Source: Octopus sinensis (taxonomy: Eukaryota). Taken from it: 64,000 nt of DNA. The DNA lies in the NCBI RefSeq assembly GCF_006345805.1, contig NW_021832858.1, positions 31,614 through 95,613 of the forward strand. The letters are read 5' to 3'. Both the position numbers and the translations under genes were made by a program. How positions within the stretch are numbered: position 1 is the first letter of the stretch; every line of letters begins with the position of its first letter. This document shows positions 13,518 through 25,406 of this stretch, one piece after another. A model generated the notes under the pieces. That model searched no databases and was not told where the DNA came from. It saw nothing but the letters and a program-made list of their open reading frames with translations.

Positions 13518-13939
13518 ACACCCTTCTTGTTCTAAACCATTGTCCCCACTGCCTACAAATCTACCCCGTCATCTGTTCTCAGCCCTTATCTGGTTCCGCA
13601 TATGCCCCGTCCCCTTCGGTTACATCTGTAGCACCCTGCATCTGGTATTTCGTCATAACTGACGCCTCCAGAATATTTCAAATTACTAAAAAGACTACGC
13701 ATAAACCTAAGCATTTCGCCATTCCTTTTATGTTGGTAATGAATAATATCAATCGGTATATAATCATCGGAAACTGACATCAGGCGTAGCTGTGTGGTTA
13801 AGGAGTTTCTTTCGCAATCTCAGTGTTTCAGGTTCTGTCCCACTGCGTGACATTTTGAACAAACCTTTCCTACTGTTGCTTCGGCCCTGACCAAAGCCTT
13901 GTGAGTGATTTGGTAGACGGAAAGTGAAATACGCCAATC

Positions 13940-13942
13940 ATG

Positions 13943-13977
<35 letters not shown>

Positions 13978-14185
13978 TGATGTATGTGTGTGTGTGTATA
14001 TGTATGTGTGTATATATATATATATATGTATATATATGTATGTTTATATATGTGTGTGTGTATATATATATATATATATGTGTGTGTGTTGATGTATATA
14101 TGTGTGTGTATATATGTGTGTGTATATATGTTTGTATATATATATGTGTGTGTATATATATGTGTTTGTATATATATTATGTGTG

Positions 14186-14216
<31 letters not shown>

Positions 14217-14840
14217 GTGTATATATATGTATGTATATATATGTGTATATATATGTATGTATATGTATATATGTGTGTATATATGTGTGTATATATATAT
14301 ATGTGTGTATATATATATATGTGTGTATATATGTATGTGTGTATATATGTATGTGTGTATATATATGTATGTGTGTATATATATGTATGTGTATATATAT
14401 GTATGTGTATATATATGTATGTGTGTATATATGTATGTGTATATATATGTATGTATATATATATATGTATATATATATATGTATATTATATGTATATATT
14501 ATATATGTATATATATATATGTATATATATATATGTGTGTATATATATATATGTATATATATATATATGTATGTATATATATGTGTTTATATATATATAT
14601 GTATATATATATATGTATGTATAATATATATGTGTGTATATATTAATGTATTATTATGTGTGTGTATATATATATGTATTGGTATATATTATATCTGTGT
14701 GTGTGTATATATATATATGTATATATATGTGTGTGTGTGTATATATTATGTGTGTGTGTATATATATATGTGTGTGTGTGTGTATATATATATGTGTGTG
14801 TGTGAGTGTGTATATATATATGTGTGTGTGTGTATATATC
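13940..14840. repeat. (TA/TG)n compound microsatellite
   Basis: Direct reading; similar tracts lie at 47820-48090 and 54725-55300. Confidence 0.95.
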
Positions 14841-16236
14841 ATTTTAGTCGTTAGACTGTGGCCATGCTAGAGCATCGTCTTCAAATTTTTCATTCCTGAA
14901 TCGACCCCAGTACTTTATTTTTAAGCCTGATGCTTATTCTATCGGTATTGTTTGCCGAACCACTAAGTTATATATGTGTGTTCAACTAATGTTTACATCC
15001 CTGTAGCTTAGGTGTTCGGCAACCGGAGACCGATAGAACAGGGACCATACTTTAAAACTGGTAAAAAGCTGGCTTCCCAACCACATTGTTCCAGGTTCAG
15101 TCCTACTGTGTGACACATTAGGTAGGTGTCTTCTGTTATAGCTTTAGACTTATCAAGGCCTTGTAAGTGGATTTGGTAGACGGAAACTGAAAGAAGCCTG
15201 TCGATATCAAAATCAGAATCAATTCGATGACTGGCATCCGTGATAGCGGGGTGCAAAGAGCACCATACGAGTGTGATCGTTGACAGATCAGCTATTCGAG
15301 TATGATCGTTACCAGCGTTGCCTTACTGGCACTTGTGCCCATGCTAGTAGGGTGCCAAGAGTACCATCCGAACATGATCGTTGCCAGAGCAGCCAACTGG
15401 CTTCCGTACCCGTGGCACATAAAAGGGCACTATTCGAGCGTGATCGTTACCAACATCGCTTCACTGGCACGTGTAGAAAGATTCAAGCGTGGTCGTTGCC
15501 AGTACCGCCTGACTGGCCCCCGTGCAGGTGGCATGTAAAAAGTACCCACTACACTCTAGGAGTGGTTGGCGTTAGGAAAGGCATCCAGCTGTAGAAACTC
15601 TGCCAGATCAAGATTGGAGCCTGGTGCAGCCATCTCGATTACCAGCCCTCAGACAAACCGTCCAAGCCATGCTAGCATGGAAAGCGGACGTTAAACGATG
15701 ATGATGATGATGATTACAACTGTCACTGCATTACTGGAGTCTGGCATTTGCTGGTGAGACTTTGCTGCCCACAACAATCGCCTAACAAACCTCCCAATGT
15801 CCAGTGGTCAGTGACTGCTCTTAAGTTCCTTCCTATGTTTTGTTTCTTAAAACTTTTGGTCCATTCATTTCAGCTAATGGTAAAAAAAAAAACAGCATTC
15901 TGATTTAATTCTAGTCTAATTTTTGGCTATGTAATGTGACATAGGGTTTGAATCCATGTTGGAATTTGGAGAAGTGCATGTGTGGTTTAGTGATGTTAAC
16001 AATTTAATGGTTATGGCAGCAGCTGTTAGTATTGGTGGTTAGCAGTGTAAAATATCTTCAAATATTGACCGCATGAGGTGTGTTAACTATTAACCATTCA
16101 TTGACAATTTTATGTTTATTATCATCATGTAAAATATTTGCTGCAATTATATATAACAGAGCAACAACCCTAAACATGGTGTCATTTATATATATATATA
16201 TATATATACTTTATTTAAAGCAGCAGAAAATTCAAC

Positions 16237-16284
16237 AAAACCTGTTACTCTGAGTTTCTCGTTGCCGTTCATCAGACAGTTTTT
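16237..16284 (-). ncRNA. Minimal type I hammerhead ribozyme motif (family H1)
   Basis: Minus strand: aaaaactgt CTGATGA acg-gcaa-cga GAAA ctc-a-gag TA acaggtttt. Stem I pairs, the core is intact, and the base of stem II has an A.A mismatch. Confidence 0.75.
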
Positions 16285-16736
16285 GCTAGAATGGAACCGA
16301 TATATCAATTCAATCTATACTCTTACAAACGCTACACCTTTAAAAAGAAATGGACTTGTTTGATTGGCCCTTTAGAAAAAACGGTCAATTTTCGAGCGAT
16401 AAACAAAAAGGTCAAAAATATATGTATATAGCATGGCCACAGCTCATAGGCTGAAACTGGAAAAATCAAAATCAAATCAAAATCATATAAAAAAAACTTA
16501 TAAAAATTATAAAATCCGAGGAAAAAACCTTACATTGAATAAAATACATATTGACGTTAATGAAGAAAGTGCAAATTAATGCATAGAAATTAAACCTGTT
16601 ATAAATATTACACTGCAATACATATTTATATTAAAATCTACATATATATATCAACATACATATATATATATATATAATATATATATACTTTATTATATAT
16701 ATTTATATATACTTTATATATATATATATTACATAC

Positions 16737-16784
<48 letters not shown>

Positions 16785-16812
16785 CTTTATTTAAAGCAGC
16801 AGAAAATTCAAC

Positions 16813-16860
16813 AAAACCTGTTACTCTGAGTTTCACGTTCCCGTTCGTCGGACAGTTTTT
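16813..16860 (-). ncRNA. Minimal type I hammerhead ribozyme motif (family H1, second copy)
   Basis: aaaaactgt CCGACGA acg-ggaa-cgt GAAA ctc-a-gag TA acaggtttt; perfect stem II, U4C core variant. Confidence 0.72.
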
Positions 16861-17140
16861 GCTAGAAATATACATATATATATATATATTAATTAGAAAA
16901 AAACCATCTTTTATCAATTCAATAATGAAAAATTAAATTAAATTATTTAGAAAAATTACATATTATAGAAAGATTAAATATAAGATAAAACATATAACGA
17001 TAATTAAGTAACCTGCAAAATAATAAATAAAACTTGTGGCACCTTGGGCAAGTGTCTTCTATAGCCTCGGGCTGACCAAAGCCTTGTGAGTGGATTTAGT
17101 AGACAGATACTGAAAGAAGCCCGTCGTATATATGTATGTA

Positions 17141-17176
<36 letters not shown>

Positions 17177-17636
17177 GTGTCTATATGTTTGTGTGTCTGT
17201 GTTTGGTCCCCCCAACATCACTTGACAACCGATGTTGGTGTGTTTACATCCCTGTAACTTAGCGGTTTGGCAAAAGAGACTGATAGAATAAGTACTAGGC
17301 TTACAAAGAATAAGTCCTGGGGTTGATTTGATTCAACTAAAGGTAGTGCTCCAGCATGGCCATAGTCAAATGACTGAAACAAGTAAAAGAGTAAGAGTAT
17401 TTGGTATATTTAATCTTTCTATAAGATGTAATTTTTGTAAATGGTATAATTCAATTTTTCATTATTGAATTGATAAAAGGTGTTTTTTTTTCTAATTTAT
17501 ATATATATATATATTATATTAACAAAACCACTATTAGGCAAATCATACAATGAAAAACCTAAGCCAATACATAAGATTATTTAATTTATATTATTTAAAT
17601 ATATAACAAAATTATTAATAAAGATAATTAATATAA

Positions 17637-17700
17637 CACTACGATCGTTTCATGACTGTTAATTTCTTTAAATTTTCGAGTTACAGTCATTCATCAGGTG
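17637..17700 (-). ncRNA. Type I hammerhead ribozyme motif with canonical core (family H2)
   Basis: cac CTGATGA ATGACTGT-loop-ACAGTCAT GAAA CGATCG TA gtg; 8-bp stem II, palindromic stem III ACGATCGT, GUA cleavage triplet. Confidence 0.8.
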
Positions 17701-17871
17701 GTTTAAATATTTAACTTCGCGAGGTTTAATCAATGAACCCTAACCCTATTATATTTTGTGATATTTGATTTAGTATTTCTAAATTGAATTTTTCCCAGTA
17801 AGTTTGGAATAATATTCCCTCTGTACCGTTGGCGATTTTTTTTCCTTCGTCTTCCCTTCTCTGGATCCTAT

Positions 17872-17906
17872 GTTTCCGACGAAGAGCTCTGCTCGAAACG
17901 TTAAAC
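17872..17906 (+). ncRNA. Minimal hammerhead motif (family H3, sense to DCTN2)
   Basis: GTTT CCGACGA A GAGC-tct-GCTC GAAA CG T T AAAC; stem III is reduced to the palindrome AACGTT; extra A after A9; U4C variant. Confidence 0.65.
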
Positions 17907-18267
17907 CCTCCTTCTTTCCTTCTTTCCTGAGCATCCAATAATACTATATTTGTTCCACATCCTCGCGTTGTTGTGTTTTCATGTTTAGATTAACTATATA
18001 TATATATATGTTAATTAGAAAAAAACCCATCTTTTATCAATTCAATAATGAAAAATTAAATTAAATTATTTAGAAAAATTACATATTATAGAAAGATTAA
18101 TATAAGATAAAACATATAACGATGATTAAGTACGTGCAAAATAATAAATAAAACTTGTGGCACCTTGGGCTAGTGTCTTCTATAGCCTCGGGCTGACCAA
18201 AGCCTTGTGAGTGGATTTAGTAGACAGATACTGAAAGAAGCCCGTCGTATATATGTATGTAATATAT

Positions 18268-18320
<53 letters not shown>

Positions 18321-18779
18321 GTGTCTATATGTTTGTGTGTCTGTGTTTGGTCCCCCCAACATCACTTGACAACCGATGTTGGTGTGTTTACATCCCTGTA
18401 ACTTAGCGGTTTGGCAAAAGAGACTGATAGAATAATTACTAGGCTTACAAAGAATAAGTCCTGGGGTTGATTTGATTCAACTAAAGGTAGTGCTCCAGCA
18501 TGGCCATAGTCAATGACTGAAACAAGTAAAAGAGTAAGAGTATTGGTATATTTAATCTTTCTATAATATGTAATTTTTGTAAATGGTATAATTCAATTTT
18601 TCATTATTGAATTGATAAAAGGTGTTTTTTTTTCTAATTTATATATATATATATATTATATTAACAAAACCACTATTAGGCAAATCATACAATGAAAAAC
18701 CTATGCCAATACATAAGATTATTTAATTTATATTATTTAAATATATAACAAAATTATTAGAAAAATATAATTAATATAA

Positions 18780-18843
18780 CACTACGATCGTTTCATGACT
18801 GTTAATTTCTTTAAATTTTCGAGTTACAGTCATTCATCAGGTG
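18780..18843 (-). ncRNA. Hammerhead motif H2, duplicate copy
   Basis: Same motif as 17637-17700 at offset 1143 (tandem duplication). Confidence 0.8.
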
Positions 18844-19014
18844 GTTTAAATATTTAACTTCGCGAGGTTTAATCAATGAACCCTAACCCTATTATATTTT
18901 GTGATATTTGATTTAGTATTTCTAAATTGAATTTTTCCCAGTAAGTTTGGAATAATATTCCCTCTGTACCGTTGGCGATTTTTTTTCCTTCGTCTTCCCT
19001 TCTCTGGATCCTAT

Positions 19015-19049
19015 GTTTCCGACGAAGAGCTCTGCTCGAAACGTTAAAC
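19015..19049 (+). ncRNA. Hammerhead motif H3, duplicate copy
   Basis: Identical to 17872-17906; lies about 140 nt upstream of the DCTN2 exon 2 acceptor. Confidence 0.65.
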
Positions 19050-19189
19050 CCTCCTTTTTCCCTTCCTTCCTGAGCGTCCAATAATACTATATTTGTTCCA
19101 CATCCTCGCGTTGTTGTGTTTTCATGTTTAGATTAACTATATATATATATAATGTTTTACTTATAAATTGCTGTATGTATATTTTCTAG

Positions 19190-19261
19190 GACTTGAACTC
19201 CCCTGATGTGTATGAAACTAGTGAATTACCTGAAGATGACCAAAACACTCGGCCAGAACAG
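19190..19261 (+). CDS. DCTN2: DCTN2 exon 2
   Basis: tttctag|GAC...CAG|gtaagt; DLNSPDVYETSELPEDDQNTRPEQ carries the PDVYETSDLPEDDQ motif; 72 nt, phase 0-0. Confidence 0.96.
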
Positions 19262-19789
19262 GTAAGTAACATTGTCATACCTCCCTACCTATTGTATTAT
19301 CTGCAAACAAACACCATCCCTCACCTGTCTTTAGTAGACCAGATTCTGTATGAATGGGAAAGGAAGGGGTGATGGCAAACTGGTGGGATGGTGAATGCCA
19401 AAAAGAAAAATCAAACAGCGTTTCAACTCTGTGTGGGTACATGTGTGTGTAAAAGGGAGGTATGTGAATGTTTGTGTGTGTGTGTGATGAAAGTGGAATG
19501 TTGAACATTCATCACTGAAAAGAAAAATCAAACAGCGTTTCAACTCTGTGTGAGTATATGCGTGTATGTGTGTGCGTGTGCAAGGGAAGTATGTGAATGT
19601 TTGTATCTGTGATTATGTGCTTTATTTTGTACCTTATTTACGTATAAAATACTACATACAATTAGCCGACAATTTTGACGGCACAGGGCCAAAACCCTTC
19701 TCAACATCCTGCTAACCAACCTGTGCCCAATGTCAGACAGAGAAATGTAAGTTGGCTCCTTTTTTTCCCAGTGTTTCACTATTTACGCA

Positions 19790-20130
19790 CACCTGCCAGC
19801 CTCGTCTGGCCCCGTGCTGGTGGAATGTAAAAAGCACCATCCGATCGTGGCCGTTTGCCAGCCTCGTCTGGCACCTGTGCAGGTGGCATGTAAAAAGCAC
19901 CATCCGATCGTGGCTGTTTGCCAGCCTCGTCTGGCCTCGTGCCGGTGGCACATAAAAAGCTCCCACTACACTCACGGAGTGGTTGGCGTTAGGAAGGGCA
20001 TCCAGCTGTAGAAACTCTGCCAAATCAAGATTGGAGCCTGGTGCAGCTGCTGGTTCTCCAGACCTCAGTCAAACCATCCAACCCATGCCAGCATGGAAAC
20101 CAGACATTAAATGATGATGATGATGATAAA
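19790..20130 (+). mobile_element. SINE family C, representative copy ((GAT)n tail, variable internal ~57-bp repeats)
   Basis: Shared 3' block GTGGTTGGCGTTAGGAAGGGCATCCAGCTGTAGAAAC...CCATGCTAGCATGGAAAGCGGACGTTAAACGATGATG; more than 15 copies, e.g. 880-1190, 15240-15715, 22205-22487, 30015-30340, 37370-37910, 38610-38900, 49205-49980. Confidence 0.85.
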
Positions 20131-20376
20131 ACAGATGGGTTGTGGTTCACTACAGCTGTTTCAGACATGTTCTTTATTGATGACCAAAAGCATTACATTA
20201 CATCATACAAGGAAAAAAATGAAAACCATTTTCATCAGATGTATACAGGTAAGAATTATTAATTAGAACTTCTCACAAAGCAGAACCAGGTGATTTGTCT
20301 GACGTGATTTTGGTAGAAAAGTGAGTAACTTAAGCAGTTACTAAATTTATTTTGAAGAACCATAAGTTCCATACAA

Positions 20377-20414
<38 letters not shown>

Positions 20415-20586
20415 TGCAGGCGTGGCTGTGTAGTAAGCAGCTTGCTTCCCAACCACATGGTTCTGGGTTCAGTCCCACTGCATGGCACCTTGGGCATCTT
20501 CTGCTGTAGCCTCGGGCTGACCAAAGCCTTGTGAGTGGATTTAATAGACAGAAACTCAAAGAAGTCTGTCATGTGTATGTATATAT

Positions 20587-20640
<54 letters not shown>

Positions 20641-20825
20641 GGTACACATATCTATATATATATATATATATACCGGAGTAAACACATAAATGTGAAACTA
20701 GGTGGAAAAAAGAGTACTCAAATACCAGTGGTAGAGTAATATGCTTTATTTTGTTGAATTTTCCACTGCTTTAAATAAAGTATAAATATATATATATATA
20801 TATAATATACACACACAAATATATA

Positions 20826-20870
<45 letters not shown>

Positions 20871-21481
20871 GTATATACACACACATATATACATACATGT
20901 GTGTTCTGTGTTTGTCCTCCGCCATCTCTTGACAACCAATGCTGGTGGGTTTATGTCCCTGTAACTTAGCAGTTCGGCTAAAGAGACTGATAGAACAAGT
21001 ACTCGACTTACAAAGAATAAGTCCTGGGGGTGCGATTTATTGGGCTAAAAACTCTTCAAGGTGGTGCTCCAGCATGACCTCAGTCAAATGGCTGAAACAG
21101 ATAAAAGAATATTATCATCATCATCATCGTCGTTTAACGTCCGTTTTCCATGCGGTCATAAGAATTATTGAATTTCTACATCCATATATTGGTTTCCTGT
21201 CATAGGCGGTGGTGGCGAAGAGGAAATATGATAAAGGCGGTGGGGAAAGAAGAATCGAAAAAGAAAGAAGAAAAGAAGAAAGTGAGCGTAAGAAGATGAG
21301 GAACTGAAGTAGGGAGTAATGAAGGAAGTGCCTAACGACCTTGTGCACACACAGACAGGTGACTGATTCAGCCTAAATAAAATAGATTATTTATCTCTAC
21401 TGTGGTATTGAGTACTCTTTTTTTCTGATAGCCGATACTAAGCAAACATATATTTCATTTCATTTGAGTTTGAGTCCATGC

Positions 21482-21880
21482 TCAGGCCAAGTCGGAGACT
21501 CCACCCTCAGAGTCTGGTGTGGTTGCCAGGTTGTATTCTCTGTTTAATTTCGACATGTGTAGGAGCGAGTTTGAGTCAGTTTGTGCTCGTTGTGTATATC
21601 CTGGGAGATGGGGTTCATCTCTAATGGTGCTTAAGTATCTATCCAGCTGCAATTTGAATGATTCCACACTGCATCCTGATAGATTTCTGACATGTACCGG
21701 AATGGAGTTGAATAGTTGTGCTCCTCGAACCAACAGACTTGACTCTCGCAGGGTTTTTGCTGCCTGGCCAACCTTTTTGTTGATTGGTGGTAGCTGGCAG
21801 CGTCTTCCGTGGCACAGTGAGTGGTAGGTTTTGATACCAAAGTTTGGCACCTTTTGCTTTATCATTTTCCAAATGTATAT
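21482..21880 (-). mobile_element. LINE (CR1/L2 group) ORF2 C-terminal fragment
   Basis: SLLVRGAQLFNSIPVHVRNLSGCSVESFKLQLDRYLSTIRDEP is a typical ORF2 tail of invertebrate CR1-group LINEs. Confidence 0.75.
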
Positions 21881-23767
21881 AATTCAGTATCGCTCAAATC
21901 TTCTTTCTATTGAGTACATCTTCAAGGTTTTGAGTCTTTGCCAATAGTCCAGGTCCCTATACTAAACCTCAAAAGTTTTGAGATGTTGAAGATTACTAAT
22001 AAAATAGTCATTTCTCCCTTTTAGAAAAAGGGAGTCAGGTCGTCACAGCTAACCCCATCAATCCTTTTTTTTTTCATTTTTCTTCCCTTAATCATTTATA
22101 CAACTTTTGGAGTGCCATGGACTGAAAGATAAAAATTCTCCCAGTATTTTTTCGAATTATGGGTACTTGATTTTTTTTTTCTTAAAAGGAAAAATTAAAA
22201 TAAAATATTAATTGTTGCCAGCCTTGCTTGGCCTCTGTGCTGGTGGCACATAAAAAGCACCATCTGATCGTGGCCGTTTGCCAGCCTCATCTGGCACCTG
22301 TGTAGGTGGCACATAAAAGCACCCACTACACTCTCGGAGTGGTTGGCGTTAGGAAGGGCATCCAGCTGTAGAAACACTGCCAGATCTGACTGGCCTGGTG
22401 CAGCCTCCTGGCTTCCCAGACCCCAGTTGAACCGTCCAACCCATGCTAGCATGGAAAGCGGACGTTAAACAATGATGATGATGATGATAAACCTCAAAAG
22501 TTTTGAGATGTTGAAGATTACAAATAAAATAGTCATTTCTCCCTTTAAGAAAAAAAAAAATCAAGTCGTCACAGCTAACCCCATCCATACTTTTTTCTTA
22601 CTTGCATTTTTCTTCCCTTAATCATTTATGCATCTTTTGGAGCCCCATGGACTGAAAGATAAAAATTCTCCTAGTATTTTTCGAATTATGAGTACATAAT
22701 TTTTTTTTTCTTAAAGGGAAAAATTAAAATAAAATATTAATCTTTATCATCTTAACCATCATCATCATCATCGTTTAATGCCTGCTTTCCATGCTAGCAT
22801 GGGTTGGACGATTTTGACTGAGGGCTGGCGAACCAGATGGCTGCATCAGGCCCAGTCTGATTTGGCAATGTTTCTTAACGCCAACCATTAGCTGAAATGA
22901 ATGGACCAAAAGTTTTAAGAAACAAAACATAGGAGAGACCTTAAGAGTAGTCACTGACCACTGGACATTGGGAGGTTTGTTAGACGATTGTTGTGGGCAG
23001 CAAATTCTCACCGACAAATGCCAGACTCCAGCAATGCAGTGACAGTTGTAATCATCATCATCATCATCATCATCATTTAATGTCCGCTTTCCATGCTAGC
23101 ATGGGTTGGACGATTTTGACTGAGGGCTGGCGAAGCAGATGGCTGCACCAGGCTCCTGTCTTGATCTGGCAGAGTTTCTACAGCTGGATGCCCTTCCTAA
23201 CGCCAACCACTCCGGGATTGCAGTGGGTGCTTTTTACATTCCACCGGCACGGGAGCCAGTCAGGTGGTACTAGCAATGACCTTGCTTGAATCTTTTTACA
23301 CATGCCACCGGCAAAAAAACAGGGAGAGAAACTGTCCCCTTATAAATGAAGATGAGTTGCAATGAGAGAAGTTGGGTCTCGTAAGAATGGGAAAACAATC
23401 AACAATAAATGGGTTGTACCTTATAAAGAAACCCTTTTAAGAGCATTCAAATGCCACTGCAACATTGAAATCATTGCCTCAGTAAGGTCAATTAAGTACG
23501 TTGTCAAGTGCACACTGAAAGGAAATGACCAAACTGCTGTTCAAATAAACAATGATAACGAAATTAGTCAATATAGGCACAGGAGTGGCTGTGTGGTAAG
23601 TAGCTTGCTTACCAACCACATGGTTCTGGGTTCAGTCCCACTGCGTGGCACCTTGGGCAAGTGTCTTCTACTATAGCCTCGGGCCGACCAAAGCCTTGTG
23701 AGTGGATTTGGTAGACGGAAACTGAAAGAAGCCTGTCGTATATATGTATATATATATATATTATATA

Positions 23768-24170
23768 TAGGTGCAGGAGTGACTGTGTGGTAAGTAGCTT
23801 GCTAACCAACCACATGGTTCCAGGTTCAGTCCCACTGCGTGACATCTTGGGCAAGTGTCTTCTGCTATAGCCCCAGGCCGACCAATGCCTTGTGAGTGGA
23901 TTTGGTAGACGGAAACTGAAAGAAGCCTGTCATATATATGTATATATATATGTGTGTGTGTTTGTGTGTCTGTGTTTGTCCCCCTGGCATTGCTTGAAAA
24001 CCGATGTTGGTGTGTTTAGGGTCCCATAACTTAGCGGTTCGGCAAAAGAGACCGATAGAATAAGTATTGGGCTTACAAAGAATAAGTCCTGGGGTCGATT
24101 TGATTCGACTAAAGGCGGTGCTCCAGCATGGCCGCAGTCAAATGACTGAAACAAGTAAAAGAGTAAGAGA
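23768..24170 (+). mobile_element. SINE family A, representative copy (tRNA-like head, central (TA)n, GTAAAAGA-type tail)
   Basis: About 15 recognisable copies or pieces, e.g. 3120-3520, 3620-4205, 9560-9960, 17036-17395, 26540-26990, 35095-35645, 35945-36350, 48590-48995, 59225-59560, 62420-62970. Confidence 0.85.
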
Positions 24171-24374
24171 GTAATATTTAATGGGTAGATATATTGGACC
24201 ATCCGAAGCAGTTGCATCCATTTTAGGATTTTCAATTCATGAATAGTGAGACTAGAAGTTCATCGACCAGAATATTAATCAGAAATAATGAGGGTATGGC
24301 TGTCAATTAACAACATAGGAGAACAACATTGACAGATTTCTTTTCATTGTGCATCAATGATGGCCTTGCAAAAA

Positions 24375-24796
24375 GGCGGCGAGCTGGCAGAAACGTTAGC
24401 ACGCCGGGCGAAATGCTTAGCAAGTATTTCGTCTGCCGCTACGTTCTGAGTTCAAATTCCGCCGAGGTTGACTTTGCCTTTCATCCTTTCGGGGTCGATA
24501 AGTAAATTAAGTACCAGTTACGCACTGGGGTCGATATAATTGACTTAATCCGTTTGCCTGTCCTTGTTTGTCCCCTCTGTGTTTAGCCCCTTGTGGGTAG
24601 TAAAGAAATAGGTATTTCGTCTGCCGCTACGTTCTGAGTTCAAATTCCACCGAGGTTGACTTTGCCTTTCATCCTTTCGGGGAATTGGTAAATTAAGTAC
24701 CAGTTACGCACTGGGGTTGATATAATCGACTTAATACCTATGTCTGTCCTTGTTTATCCCCTCTGTGTTTAGCCCCTTGTGGGTAGTAAAGAAATA
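24375..24796 (+). mobile_element. SINE family B dimer with 16-bp target-site duplication
   Basis: GATGGCCTTGCAAAAA at 24359-24374 and 24797-24812. Other B multimers lie at 7140-7535, 40610-41165 and 51550-52495; monomers at 100-325, 2450-2675, 37138-37367 and 44183-44345. Confidence 0.88.
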
Positions 24797-25070
24797 GATG
24801 GCCTTGCAAAAACATTGCTTTATGCTGAAGTAGCCATGTATTTCACTTGGAACAGTAGTAACAAAGATTGGCAAAGACGAAAGAGAGGAAAAGAAGTTGA
24901 AAGCCATTTGAACTGGTATTACTTTAAAAATAAGTAATACCAGTACTTATTTTTTACGACTGGTATTTATTCTATCAGTATCTTTTGCCAAACTGCTAGG
25001 TTTCAGGGATGTAGAGAGAATTTTTTTCTTTTGCCCTTGTTTATAAGTTGTTTATAAATTTAACCTTTAA

Positions 25071-25291
25071 CCCTTTAGCATTCAAACCGGCCATATCCGG
25101 CCAAAAGTATTCTGCCTGTTTTATGTTCAAACTGGCCAGATCTGGTCTCTCACACCAGCCCTACAATATCATTTTAAAAATTAACAGCTACCTCATCAAA
25201 ATCTCAAAGCTACAAGATAATGCATGATTAGTTCAAGGCAATGTGGATAAAAAAGGATTAATTTTGGCAGAATAATGCGAACACTAAAGGG
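25071..25291. mobile_element. piggyBac-type MITE
   Basis: TTAA|CCCTTTAG...CTAAAGGG|TTAA; the same family occurs in opposite orientation at 39870-40088. Confidence 0.8.
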
Positions 25292-25356
25292 TTAAAGGTA
25301 TTTTTTAATATGCTGGCCATTGATAGAATTTTTTCAAAAAATTTTATCCTATATTA

Positions 25357-25399
<43 letters not shown>

Positions 25400-25406
<7 letters not shown>

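Larger units (their letters stand above)
16888..19150. repeat. Recent tandem segmental duplication, unit about 1.14 kb, in DCTN2 intron 1
   Basis: Near-identical blocks at about 16888-18008 and 18009-19150, each with SINE A plus hammerheads H2 and H3; offset 1143 at the ribozymes. Confidence 0.9.

Noticed and set aside
7882-14870. Long ORFs of 180-390 aa in the ORF track (8130-8861, 11279-12445, 13968-14854; also 54773-55300)
   Set aside because: They are translations of CT/GA/TA/TG simple repeats with no protein-like composition.
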